NCBI RefSeq assembly: GCF_009914755.1
Contig: NC_060939.1
Length of the DNA stretch: 64,000 bases
Direction: 5' to 3' (one strand)
Source of the DNA: the human T2T-CHM13v2.0 reference genome, Homo sapiens
Below the pieces are notes generated by a model, which was given only the letters and a program-made list of their open reading frames with translations, had not been told where the DNA came from and did no database searches. The translations under genes and the position numbers were made by a program. Positions 40,991 through 52,435 of the stretch are shown here, piece after piece; the stretch's first letter is position 1, and each line of letters begins with the position of its first letter.

Positions 40991-41269
40991 GATTATGAGG
41001 CTCCATGAGCTAAAAGGTGAGAACTATAGTCTAAATGATCTCTGGGGTCTTTTCTAGTTTTAAAATTCAATGATTCTAGGGTAGAAATTGCAGCAAGAAG
41101 GAATTTACTTCTGCTTAAAACAGATCGTGTCATTTTTTTTAGTGCTCTGAAAAAAAAAAGGCTGCCAGATATGTGCTGTGTTAATTCAAGGATGGAGGTA
41201 CTAAAAGAGTGGGGGCTGGATGGCCATTGCTTTGCTGGGGATGTGGTAGAGGAGATATCCCTATTTGAG

Positions 41270-41336
41270 GTGTGTATTTGTATGTGTGTATGTGCATGCA
41301 TGGAAGTGTGTGTATTTGTGTGTGCAGATATGTGTA
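41270..41336. repeat. Degenerate (TG)n tract
   Basis: gtgtgtatttgtatgtgtgtatgtgcatgc... Confidence 0.7.
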
Positions 41337-42883
41337 TTGGTAAAAATGGGGCAACTAAACCAAAGTATTCCGTCAGTTCTTTCTGACCCTGTGAGTCTAT
41401 GATTCTAGCTTTGTACTCATTCTCACTTCTCTTTCTTTCCCTTTTGCTCTCCCCTTCTTGCCCTTATTCTTATTATTTCTCTGATTTTTCAAGTAAGGGG
41501 TCTGGATATTTAAAAATCTGGGTAGGAATGAAAGATGTGACAATGAGTTTGAAGGAAAGTGTAGAGAAATAGAGGAGGGAAAAAAAGGGAGGTGAATCAC
41601 CTGCAGATACTGTAGTTAGGAAAGTCTGTTATTTCAAGCTTGACTTATCTTTACTGTGGACATAAAATATGATCAGGGAGTGTGATGTCAGTGCATCCAC
41701 TTTCAATAATTGATATGATGAATAATCTCAACCTTCCGACACCTTCTGTATCTCCCCACATCTCAAGAAACTTCATTCATCAGCCACGTTTGAAATGTTT
41801 AAGCAATCTCAGTGATGTATGGAATCCTGACACTCCCTTGTTAGAAATTTGTGCTACTAACATTCTATCAAATTAAAAAGCCACTGAGCTCTTGTGCATA
41901 AAATTATCATAAATTACCTTCTGAAGGTTCACTGCTGTTTGGAATGTTTAATTGCTCACTCAGCTGAACTTTAACGGCTCAGGATTATTCATCAACTTGT
42001 CAAAAGGTTTTTCATTATGTAGTCTCTAGATGGAATTGGGCAAGGTACAAACTTGTGCTTCAGTTGGTCTGATTGTAGCAAATTGCCAATACATCTTGAT
42101 AGAGTTTGGCATCTTTTGTTCACTTATTTTGATATTTTTACAAAGGATTCATAGGGAAACTGGCTTATCCTACAGTTTTCAATAGACTCAACAAATTCCC
42201 ATTTAAAGCAGAGAATAGTTCTGACCATCTAAGGGCCAATGAAGGCAGGTAGATGTATGACACTCTACTTACAAGTGACCTTATACATTCCTCTTTGAAT
42301 GATGAAAAGAATGAGGGATAAACTTCAAAATGTTATTTATATTTCCATTATGACCTCTAATGTTATTTTATAGTAATCTGCTTATAAACAGTGTATGAAG
42401 GAATAGGATGTTTTAATTTAATATTGTTCAGTGTACTCTTATAGTGAAGCCAGGGCTGTCTTATTTTCCAATGAGTGGGTTCACCTTAGTTAGCAAAGCC
42501 ATATCACAGTCTAAAGATTATTACTGAGTTCTCATTTCTTCAACTATCAACCCTAAAAACAATTATTTAAAACTCAATGCTCATGGTCACTACTTTCATA
42601 AGCTCAGGAGTAAGAAAAGTCTTCAATGAAAATGAAAATAACCTAACATTTTACACTGTACGTAATTATTCCCTGTTCTCTATTTTTCTCTCTCTGTAAT
42701 TTTTTGAATTGTACAAATATCTGAAAATATTAGCATGGAAAATCATGTTTTTCTATTAGCTATATATTTTCACATTTATAAAGTAAATTTGTTTCTGGAA
42801 ACCCAAGAAATAAATAACGTCCACCAAAGAAAATTATTACTACAGCAATTGGTGGTGGCTGTGTTAAGGTAGTGGTGGTGTTG

Positions 42884-42933
42884 AGCGGCTGGAGGAGCGG
42901 ACGGGCCCCGCGGGGCCCGAGGGCAAGGAGCAG
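42884..42933 (+). other. MAST2: MAST2 exon-1-derived 5' leader of the SVA_F1 (transduced fragment, not the MAST2 locus)
   Basis: Reads RLEERTGPAGPEGKEQ, the end of the MAST2 exon-1 coding sequence as recalled, and ends exactly at the SVA junction. Confidence 0.9.
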
Positions 42934-42974
42934 CCGCCTGCCTTGGCCTCCCAAAGTGCCGAGATTGCAGCCTC

Positions 42975-44330
42975 TGCCCGGCCGCCACCCCGTCTGGGAA
43001 GTGAGGAGTGTCTCTGCCTGGCCGCCCATCGTCTGGGATGTGAGGAGCCCCTCTGCCTGGCTGCCCAGTCTGGAAAGTGAGGAGCGTCTCCCCCCGGCCG
43101 CCATCCCATCTAGGAAGTGAGGAGCGCCTCTTCCCAGCCACCATCACATCTAGGAAGTGAGGAGCGTCTCTGCCCGGCCGCCCATCATCTGAGATGTGGG
43201 GAGCGCCTCTGCCCCGCCGCCCCATCTGGGATGTGAGGAGCGCCTCTGCCCGGCCGAGGCCCCGTCTGGGAGGTGAGGAGCGTCTCTGCCCGGCCGCCCC
43301 GTCTGAGAAGTGAGGAGACCCTCTGCCTGGCAACCACCCCGTCTGAGAAGTGAGGAGCCCCTCCGCCCGGCAGCTGCCCCGTCTGAGAAGTGAGGAGCCT
43401 CTCCGCCCGGCAGCCACCCCATCTGGGAAGTGAGGAGCGTCTCCGCCCGGCAGCCACCCCGTCCGGGAGGGAGGTGGGGGGGGGTCAGCCCCCCGCCCGG
43501 CCAGCCGCCCCATCCGGGAGGGAGGTGGGGGGTCAGCCCCCCCGCCCGGCCAGCCGTGCCATCCGGGAGGGAGGTGGGGGGGTCAGCCCCCCGCCCGGCC
43601 AGCCGCCCCGTCTGGGAGGTGAGGGGCGCCTCTGCCCGGCCGCCCCTACTGGGAAGTGAGGAGCCCCTCAGCCCGGCCAGCCACCCCGTCCGGGAGGGAG
43701 ATGGGGGGGTCAGCCCCCCCACCCGGCCAGCCACCCCGTCCGGGAGGGAGGTGAGGGGGTCAGCCCCCCGCCCGGCCAGCTGCCCTGTCCGGGAGGGAGG
43801 TGGGGGGGTCAGCCCTCCGCCCGGCCAGCCGCCCCGTCTGGGAGGTGAGGGGCGCCTCTGCCCGGCCGCCCCTACTGGGAAGTGAGGAGCCCCTCTGCCC
43901 GGCCAGCCGCTACGTCTGGGAGGGAGGTGGGGGGGTCGGCCCCCCGCCCGGCCAGCCGCCCCGTCCGGGAGGGAGGTGGGGGGGTCGGCCCCCCGCCCGG
44001 CCAGCCGCCCCGTCCGGGAGGGAGGTGAGGGGGGGTCAGCCCCCCTGCCCGGCCAGCCGCCCCGTCCGGGAGGTGAGGGGCGCCTCTGCCCGGCTGCCCC
44101 TACTGGGAAGTGAGGAGCCCCTCTGCCCGGCCAGCCGCCCCGTCCGGGAGGGAGGTGGGGGGGTCAGCCCCCCGCCCGGCCAGCCACCCCATCTGGGAGG
44201 GAGGTGGGGGGGGGGTCAGCCCCCCTGCCCGGCCAGCCGCCCCGTCCGGGAGGTGAGGGGCGCCTCTGCCCGGCCGCCCCTACTGGGAAGTGAGGAGCCC
44301 CTCTGCCCGGCCACCACCCCGTCTGGGAGG
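42975..44330 (+). repeat. SVA VNTR
   Basis: Tandem units of about 35-50 bp, such as ccgtctgggaagtgaggagcgtctctgcccggccgcc and ccgtccgggagggaggtgggggggtcagccccccgcccggccagccgc. Confidence 0.95.
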
Positions 44331-44837
44331 TGTGCCCAACAGCTCATTGAGAACGGGCCAGGATGACAATGGCGGCTTTGTGGAATAGAAAGGCGGGAAA
44401 GGTGGGGAAAAGATTGAGAAATCGGATGGTTGCCCTGTCTGTGTAGAAGGAAGTAGACATGGGAGACTTTTCATTTTGTTCTGCACTAAGAAAAATTCCT
44501 CTGCCTTGGGATCCTGTTGATCTGTGACCTTACCCCCAACCCTGTGCTCTCTGAAACATGTGCTGTGTCCACTCAGGGTTAAATGAATTAAGGGCGGTGC
44601 AAGATGTGCTTTGTTAAACAGATGCTTGAAGGCAGCATGCTCGTTAAGAGTCATCACCAATCCCTAATCTCAAGTAATCAGGGACACAAACACTGCGGAA
44701 GGCCGCAGGGTCCTCTGCCTAGGAAAACCAGAGACCTTTGTTCACTTGTTTATCTGCTGACCTTCCCTCCACTATTGTCCCATGACCCTGCCAAATCCCC
44801 CTCTGTGAGAAACACCCAAGAATTATCAATAAAAAAA

Positions 44838-44873
<36 letters not shown>

Positions 44874-45604
44874 TAGTGGTGGTGTTAAGAAGGGTAGTAT
44901 TCTGAGCCTCCTGATAACATTGGCACGTATAAGATATTTGTGAATGCCTTCCTCCTATGGCCACAAAAGCAAAAACTGGAATCTCATGATGCTGTCACTG
45001 GAACTGAAGCTGTAGGGCCACCCAAGGGATGACTAATCTTGTTAAAAAGACGGTTGGTACTGAAAACTAATCCTTCTTGGTTGGGAAATAAACTGCCTTT
45101 GCCAGAAATTACTTGAAAAAAATATCTTGAATGAGGTTTCAGTATTTGCTTCATTACTTTTCATGTGGCAAAGAATGAAAATAAGATACCCACGGAAAAA
45201 ACAATTTAGATGCCACTGGATCCTGAGATGACTAAAGATTCTTCTCCCTGCCCGCATCCCTCTCCACCCACCCACCCAAAGCCAGCATGACATAATTTTC
45301 TCCCAAATCTCTATGAGTAACATGTGGTAATGTTAAAACCAACACTCTATTAGTTACTCTATGACTTCTGTCTTGCCATCACTGCATTTATCATTTCCTG
45401 CCCTCTTTCAAACAGAATAGAGTGGTGCAGTTAAGGAGGAAAAAGAACATATAGTTTGAGAAAGACTCTGCATTAATTAAATGAACATAAATGGATAACA
45501 GTGCACTGCTGACTGAACATTTGCCTTAAGAAGGGAAGACTGGTGCTGGAATGCACATCTTTTGTAGAAATGACACAGTGAATATTTCTTCATCATGATT
45601 GTGG

Positions 45605-45835
45605 TATCACTTAAGATTGATTGGGCTTCAAGTAACAGAAAACCCAACAAGTAGTGACTTCATCAGGGTTTCATTCTCCCCATATAACAAGAATTTTGGA
45701 GATGTGCTATTGCTGCTGTTGATTTAGTTATTCAAAGATGCTATTTAGAACTCAAGCTGTTTTTCTTGTCTACTGTCTTTACTGTGCTGACTTTTTGTTT
45801 ACTTGCTTGTGACCTCATGGTTGGGAATGGTGGTT
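45605..45835 (-). mobile_element. MaLR LTR fragment (MLT1K/L-like)
   Basis: ttaagattgattgggcttcaagtaacagaaaacccaac...catataacaagaattttggag. Confidence 0.6.
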
Positions 45836-46923
45836 TTAGTCAATTAACTGTGTCAGCCACAAATTAATCAATTTTATTTAGCATGAATAAGATGAAATGT
45901 CACTGGTGAAGACTCTACTAATTTTTATTCGATTAGTTAAATTTTCACTCTAACTCCTCTAATATTTAACAGAAAGATTTAAAACATGCATGAAAGCTTA
46001 GAAAATACAATCTAATGACAGATTAAAAGAAGCTTATTAAAGAAAAGTTGAGTCTTTTCTCTTCTCCAAGCATAGAAAAGATGACTAGGAAGATGTTGGT
46101 CATCTTTATTTTGGAAAAATAAAGCTGCTTTATTTTTCCAATACACAGCAAATTTAAAAAATCCTATTATTACATGTGAAAGAATTTACTACCAACGAGG
46201 ATTTTGGAGTCCTGGAATGGGTGACTTCTTTGGAAAACTGTAAGATAATCTTAGAGAAGAATGTATTTGAATTAATTTAGGCAACTTTTTTGAGTAAGGT
46301 TACATGACATGATCTCTTGAGGTCCCATTCAATTCGATGACTCTCTGGTTATGTGATGCTAAATTTTGGAATGATTGACTAGAATGCCTTAAGACTAAAT
46401 TCTACTCATTTATTTCAGTATTACTTATGAAAAAAAAAAGCCCTAGAAATTACCACTTTATGCACTGGTTATAGCAGCCAGCATTTCCCCCAAGCTTTGT
46501 AGTGATGCATTTTGGAGACTAGAGTGGGACTTATAGTGTAAATTTTCTTTAGTGCATGGATTATTGATTTAATAGATCATGACAATCTATTTTGTCAGAC
46601 CTGCTACCACATGGGTTCTGAGTCAGCAGGCAGACAAGCCTTATAAAATATTTGCTGTTTTAAAAAAGCTGCTGCATAAGATGAAATTAAAGCTCAATAG
46701 TGTTATAGTCAGTTATTTGATAAGCAAGGTGATCACAACCCAAGAGCCAGAATCATTAGAGGAAAAACGAAGTAGTCATTTTGATGTTTGCTTTTGCTTC
46801 TGTCACCAGAATGGTAAATTTTAACCTAAAGGAAGAAAACAACAAATTTTGGGTCTTTTAAGGATGTATAATATAAAGTATGAAATAATATCCAGTTGGA
46901 TTCTTGGTTATCAAAGGTGGGGT

Positions 46924-47288
46924 TGTCAGAATCTGGAAAACAGGCTCAATTTGGCTATTTGGTTGCAGGCAGTTTATTGAGTAGCAATGGAAAGCAGGAT
47001 GGGCAAAGAGAAAACTAAACTGTGATGCAGCCCCAACAGTAGTTTCAAGCAATTCGCACGGAGTATGGGATATTCCTTTAGAGATATCCCAAATGGAGGC
47101 AAGGGGTTTAAATTTTTGTCCTCTTACATTGCTCAGTCATTGGATGTGATCTTTCCCTAGAGAGGGAACATAAACTTGGTCAAGCAGGTTCCTTTGGCCA
47201 AGGGTAATTCTTGGGGAGGATCAGAGTTGAAGAGATAAATAGCTTGGCCCTGAGGGAGATGTGGAGGCACTCCACAGCATCTAGTACA
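46924..47288 (-). mobile_element. ERVL LTR (LTR16-like)
   Basis: tgcaggcagtttattga...aagcaggatgggcaaagagaaaactaaactgtgatgcag...cctttagagatatccc...cagtcattggatgtg...cacagcatctagtaca. Confidence 0.65.
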
Positions 47289-47666
47289 GCGCACTCCTTC
47301 TGCCACTTGAATTCATTTTTTTCATGCAGTAAATTCACCCTATCTGGGAAGACATACTCTCTGTACTTGCTTTCTTTTCTTGGGGAAACCCTAAAGAAAA
47401 AGGTTAGAGGTACAACAGCCCTAGGCAGTACAGCTTGTACCTGATACTCATCAATGCTCTGCTCAGGTATGCATTCCAGACTTCCCCTCACCATCGTTGA
47501 TTAACTCTGCTGGGCCAGGCAACTTACTTGGAAGGGTCACCAAACTCTCAACTATGATCTCAAGGTCACTGATATTCTCAGGCCATGGCTTAGGTACTTG
47601 TCCGTTTATTATTAAAATTGGCAACTGGAGTGCCAAGATATGCCCCAGTGGATCACCTAGGCACCA

Positions 47667-47891
47667 AACAACAACAACAACTACCTCTTCTTCTTCTTCT
47701 TTTTCTTCTTCTTCTTCTCCTTCTTCTTCTTCATCATCTTTTTTGAGGCTAGGTCTGACTGTATTACCCAGGCTGGAGTGCAGTGGTGCGATCATAGCTC
47801 ACTGTAGCCTCAAACTCCTAGGCTTCAGTGTTGCTCCCATCTCAGCTTCCAAAAGGACTGAGATTACAGGTATTCATCACTCTGCCTAGCC
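47667..47891 (-). mobile_element. Alu monomer (FRAM-like) with (CAA)n/(TTC)n microsatellite tail
   Basis: Single antisense monomer at 47744-47891 preceded by aacaacaacaac and tcttcttct repeats. Confidence 0.85.
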
Positions 47892-48105
47892 CCTTGACCT
47901 GTGTGTGTAAAAACGGATGAGCTTCCTCCTAATTTTCAAGGTAAATTGTCTCTGTTAGGATGGTGACTTTTCTCCTTACCTGCTGGTCTGAGGAGCACAA
48001 AGTGACCAAGAGGCACCTGAAACTTAAAGTTTAATGGGTCGCTCAGTGGGTCCCAAGAGTCAAAATCCCATTTTAGATTCTGCCCCATATGACTCTGGTA
48101 CCAAG

Positions 48106-48541
48106 TGTCACAGTTCAGGGTCTTGGGGGAACAGACTTTACTGAGACGTAGAGATTTGAATGCAGGAGTTTTATGGAGGTGCCCTCTCAGGATCAACACC
48201 CGTGAGGAAGCAAGGGCCACGTGATTCGGCAGCTGAAGATGTTGAACTACAATGTGGTTGTAGTAGCAGCTTCTGATGATCCCACAGGGAGTATTGAAGC
48301 TAGGGTTATCCTTTAGAGATATCCTAAATTGTGGGAAAGGGCTTGGTGACCTTGCATTGACCAGTCACTGGATACAAGCTGTCCCCCAAAGAAAACAGAA
48401 ACTTAGGCAGTTTTTGTTGACCAAGGGCAATTTCTGGAGAGAGACACAGCTGTAATCTGTGTTGAGAGAAAGAATCTGTGTTGAGAGAAGGAATCCCTGA
48501 GTCCTGAAGGGTAATCTGGAGGTATATGACAGCATCTTCCA
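48106..48541 (-). mobile_element. ERVL LTR (LTR16-like), second copy
   Basis: tgtcacagttcagggtc...gagatttgaatgcaggagttttatggagg...ggatcaacacccgtg...cctttagagatatcc...ccagtcactggatac. Confidence 0.7.
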
Positions 48542-51049
48542 CCTTGATTCTAAATTTACTATCTGTACAGCTTGGATAAAACCCTCATTTAGAGTCAGAT
48601 TATTTTTATTCCTTCCTTCCTTCATTATGAGTATTTGATAAATCACTTTTGAATACATGAATGATTCCAATGTTTGAGTGTTTAGCATGTCCTCACACTC
48701 TGTGATGTATGTCCTGGTGATACAAATAGAGGAGTCAAGCACAGTCTGCCATTAAATTTGATGTGTGACATTCCTCTCTCTGCCCCTTACTAAAAAAAAG
48801 ATGTATTCAGGCAAGTTATTTAAAATCATGTGCCACTGTTTTCTTACCTGTAAACTTGGACAAACAATGCTTTTTCTGTTCACCTCAAGATTATGAGAAT
48901 CAAAGCAGTCTGTAGAGGTTCTTGGAAGATATAAAAAGTGTTTTATGACTTTTATATAGAATCATTCTTATACAAGTTGTTAATATGTAACATATAATGG
49001 ACAAATAAGTACTTCATTTTATATTGGCTGAATTTGTGCTCAAGTAGACCTTGAATGTTATTTGAACATTTTTGGAAGGATGTTGTTAGAGGTATTGGTT
49101 TGGGAATAAAAGTCCCAGTGAAATATCTATTATTTGCACTTTACTATGTTTCATTTCAATGTTATTACTGTACTGAAACAATGCATCAAAATACACATTT
49201 GGACAATCTAAACACTTGAATAAAATATATAATTAACAGCATTTAATGGCATTACATGTTTGGGTCATTTTGACAGTTAATATCTGTCTCTTGCTTTTCT
49301 AATAGTAATAATTTTCTCCTTTTCTCTTCATTTTCTCTCTAAATAAAATTAACTTTTTTCAGATTTTGCAAAACACAAATGAGTTCTTAAATCAGTATGA
49401 TAAATGTTAGTTGAGAATTTCATCTGAAAACTGAAGTCTCAACACTTAGACAGAGAGAACTTGTAGTTAGAGAGGTTTGTCAGAGCCATTTCGTACCACA
49501 CCTGTTTCCATACCACAGGCTGACAAAACATAAAGTCAATAACAATTACTGGACACCTAAAACATGCAAAGCTCTGGGCCAGTTGGCGTGAAGACAAATA
49601 AAGATGAATAAAACTTAAAAAGACATATAAGCCCCATGGTCTTCAGGGGCTTATATTATAGTGAAATATGTTCACCTTCGGTTAGGCACAGATAAGAAAA
49701 ATGCCTTTACCCAGATCAACTTAGAGGAAGGAGGATGGAAGTAATGGCTTATAATTCTGACTAGAATAATGAGGTCAAGGAAACATCAAAGCATTTTGAC
49801 TTTTTCTCCTCCAACTTTTAATCTTCCTAGGAAGAACTGACCTCCTAAGACTTTATTTTACATCTCTTTCTCTCTCTATCTAATATCTCTATATATCTAT
49901 CTATCTATCTCCTAGAATATTAATTGGCACTAAGTATAGACTAAAACAGAAGAATAAAATCAGAGCCTATCATTTACCCTTTGAATCACAAAATGGCCTT
50001 CATCCCTAAAAGCCAATTGCCACAAAGGCTCAACTGTTTGGGAGAAAGTTGATGGGCCATAGCCTTTTGACCTGAATATAACAGCCACCCTGGTGCAGAT
50101 AATTCGCAAAAGTCTGTTTTGGGAAAAAGCATACTTTGCCCATATGTTTTTTTTAAACCAGCTATATCAGACAGAGAGAAGATCTCTATAGCTTGGAGGA
50201 TAGTTTGGTTTTTAAGCCACTTTGTCTGCTGAAAATTTGCCTGTGCCCTGATATTGAGGGTGTTGCACATAGCCCAAGGCCAAACACAGCGGTAGCAACC
50301 AGACTGCCAAGCTTACCCTCACCATATACAGTAATAGGTGATTAACAGGTTTCTTTCAATTTCATAGATCTTACAAGGTTTGAAAAAAATTGTTTCACAG
50401 GTGGTGAGAAATAAGTTAGTGCCTTGGTGAAGGATATGCCTGTCATGAATGCACGGCCCTCAGAGGACTAAGCAATATTCAATCCTTGTCCTTAAGTAAG
50501 TCTTATAAAAGTCAAAAGGCAATAAGGTAAAAATCCAGAAGCAAAGTCTTGGTCATCCATGCCATTCATATTTCCCAGTATTTCTATGAAGTAGTTTAGT
50601 GGCATCTATTAGGCTGACAAAGAATAGGTTTGATTTTACCAGGCAGAAAAATGTTCTAAGGATATCAGCAATGAAACATGTATTGCAGAATTAAATAGCT
50701 TCAAATGAGCAGTTGGAGGGCAATGTAGAACACCTGGTAGACAGGTAAATCAGTGTGTAAAGATGTGGAAGGAATCTTAAGCATCTGCTTTACCAAGCAA
50801 ATCCAAAACCTGGACTGGAAGAACTTAAGGATGAAACTCTGAGGTAGTTCATGGGCTGTGCAGATAAGTATATTTGATTTCTTAATAAAATACAACATTT
50901 ATAGAACTAAGCATTGGTTGCAGTTTATTGGCACTGCATATTATTTAGCATTTATAAATGAGAACCTGTCAGCTCCAAATTGCCCACATGCATAAAAGGA
51001 AGCCAAAGCATTGACAATTTCAGACAACTGATATTTAGAATATCATACT

Positions 51050-51500
51050 TAATTTCAACAAGTACTTATTGCATGCTTACTTTGTTGAAGGCACTATGCT
51101 GCTCTATCAGGTTCTTTCTTCAGGCAGTAGGATAAGACAATGTCAATCAGCTAGCATTACATGTACAAGGTATATGTAATAAGTGCCTAAAAGAGGTGCA
51201 GAGGAGGGAGGGAGTATATCCAGGAGGGCAGATTATGAAAGACGTTGTGGAGGAGATAGCAGTGGCATTTTGACAGAAAGTTATGGGTCCAAGGAGAATG
51301 TTTCTGGATGAGAAAATAAGAGTAAAACCAAGACTGGTAAGATAGGAAGCGAGAGGCATGTTTGGGACATCAAAATAGGTCATTTTTGCTTGGTTGCTAC
51401 AAGAGCAGTTGTAGGGAGATAGGAATTTAGTCTGAAAAGGAAGTTGGGTAATATTGTAAAGTGCTTTCAATTTTAGGGCAAGAGATCTACTTCATGCTGT
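51050..51500 (-). mobile_element. L2
   Basis: ttcaacaagtacttattgcatgcttactttgttgaaggcactatgct...gaggcatgtttgggac. Confidence 0.7.
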
Positions 51501-51504
51501 ATAA

Positions 51505-51697
51505 CAAGGCTCCTCAACCTTGGCACTGTGGATATTTCAAATCAGATAATTCCTTGTTGTGAGGGGCTGTCTGGTGCATCATCCCTGGCTTAGTGGCATT
51601 TCTGCCTTCCTTATCCCCTCCTCTTCTGACAATGAAAAATGTCTCCTGATTACCATATTCCCTGGGGGGCAAAATAACCCCCAGTTGAAATCTACCG
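51505..51697. mobile_element. MER20 (hAT-Charlie)
   Basis: ctcctcaaccttggcactgtggatattt...agataattccttgttgtgaggggctgtc...aaaaatgtctcc...ccctggggggcaaaataacccccagttga. Confidence 0.88.
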
Positions 51698-51739
51698 GTG
51701 TAAATAATGGGAATCAGGGAAGTTTGGGAGCTATAATCA

Positions 51740-52435
51740 GATATGCCTCTCCTTACTTTCCACATCTAATCCATCACCAAGTAATCAAAACTGTTTCTAA
51801 ATATCTCTTGTATTCTTTTCTTGCATCACTGTTGCCACTGACTTAGGAAACACCTTCCATCATTTCCACAGAGATTCCTGCAATCGCCTATGAGCAGCTC
51901 CCTGTTCTAGACCTTTTCACCTACAAACTATTTTTTCATACCCTTTTTCAAAATACAAATCTGATCATGTCATCACTTTACATAAAATGCTTCAGACTCT
52001 CCATTGCTTTCATGGTAGAATTCAAATCTTTAACATGGTCCTTCCTATCTGCACAACCTCATAATTCCTTCCATAGGATCACGTGTCTCAGCCATATACT
52101 GGACTACTGAACTTTCTTTAAAGTGTCACACTTTTTTATATTGCCACGTGTTTTCACATGGTGTTCCTTCTGTCTAGAACTCTACTGACCCTGCTTGATG
52201 GGTAATGCTTATTCAACTTAAAACTCATTTCAGTAGGAATCTCATCTAAGCACAAGAAAACCCCTCCTGCCCTACATACACCCTACATACTTCTGGAGCC
52301 ACTCCACTTTGTGTTATTGTGTCCTAGTGCCAATCAACTTCTATTACTATCTGTACAATTTTGTCTCTTCCACTGGAATGTACTTATCTTGAAGGCAAAA
52401 ACTAGTTGTGCCTTTTTTGTATATCCACAGTATAT
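51740..52435 (+). mobile_element. L2
   Basis: aaatacaaatctgatcatgtcatcactttacataaaatgcttcagactctccattgc...ttgtctcttccactggaatgt...cttgaaggcaa. Confidence 0.75.

Larger units (their letters stand above)
42883..44869 (+). mobile_element. SVA_F1 (MAST2-SVA) retrotransposon
   Basis: No CCCTCT hexamer; MAST2 leader joined to ccgcctgccttggcctcccaaagtg; GC-rich VNTR about 42975-44330; SINE-R about 44331-44830; AATAAA at 44828-44833; poly-A from 44845; perfect TSD aaggtagtggtggtgtt at 42866-42882 and 44870-44886. Confidence 0.97.

Noticed and set aside
42975-44330. Repeat array that might be taken for a CRISPR-like locus
   Set aside because: The units are tandem SVA VNTR variants with no unique spacers, and there are no cas genes in this human sequence.
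42760-44964. Many overlapping 80-245 aa ORFs on both strands
   Set aside because: They come from the stop-poor GC-rich SVA VNTR and SINE-R; the peptides are repetitive P/G/R strings and not genes.
47463-47889. ORFs with poly-E, poly-V, poly-T and poly-S runs
   Set aside because: Translations of the (CAA)n/(TTC)n tail and body of an Alu monomer.
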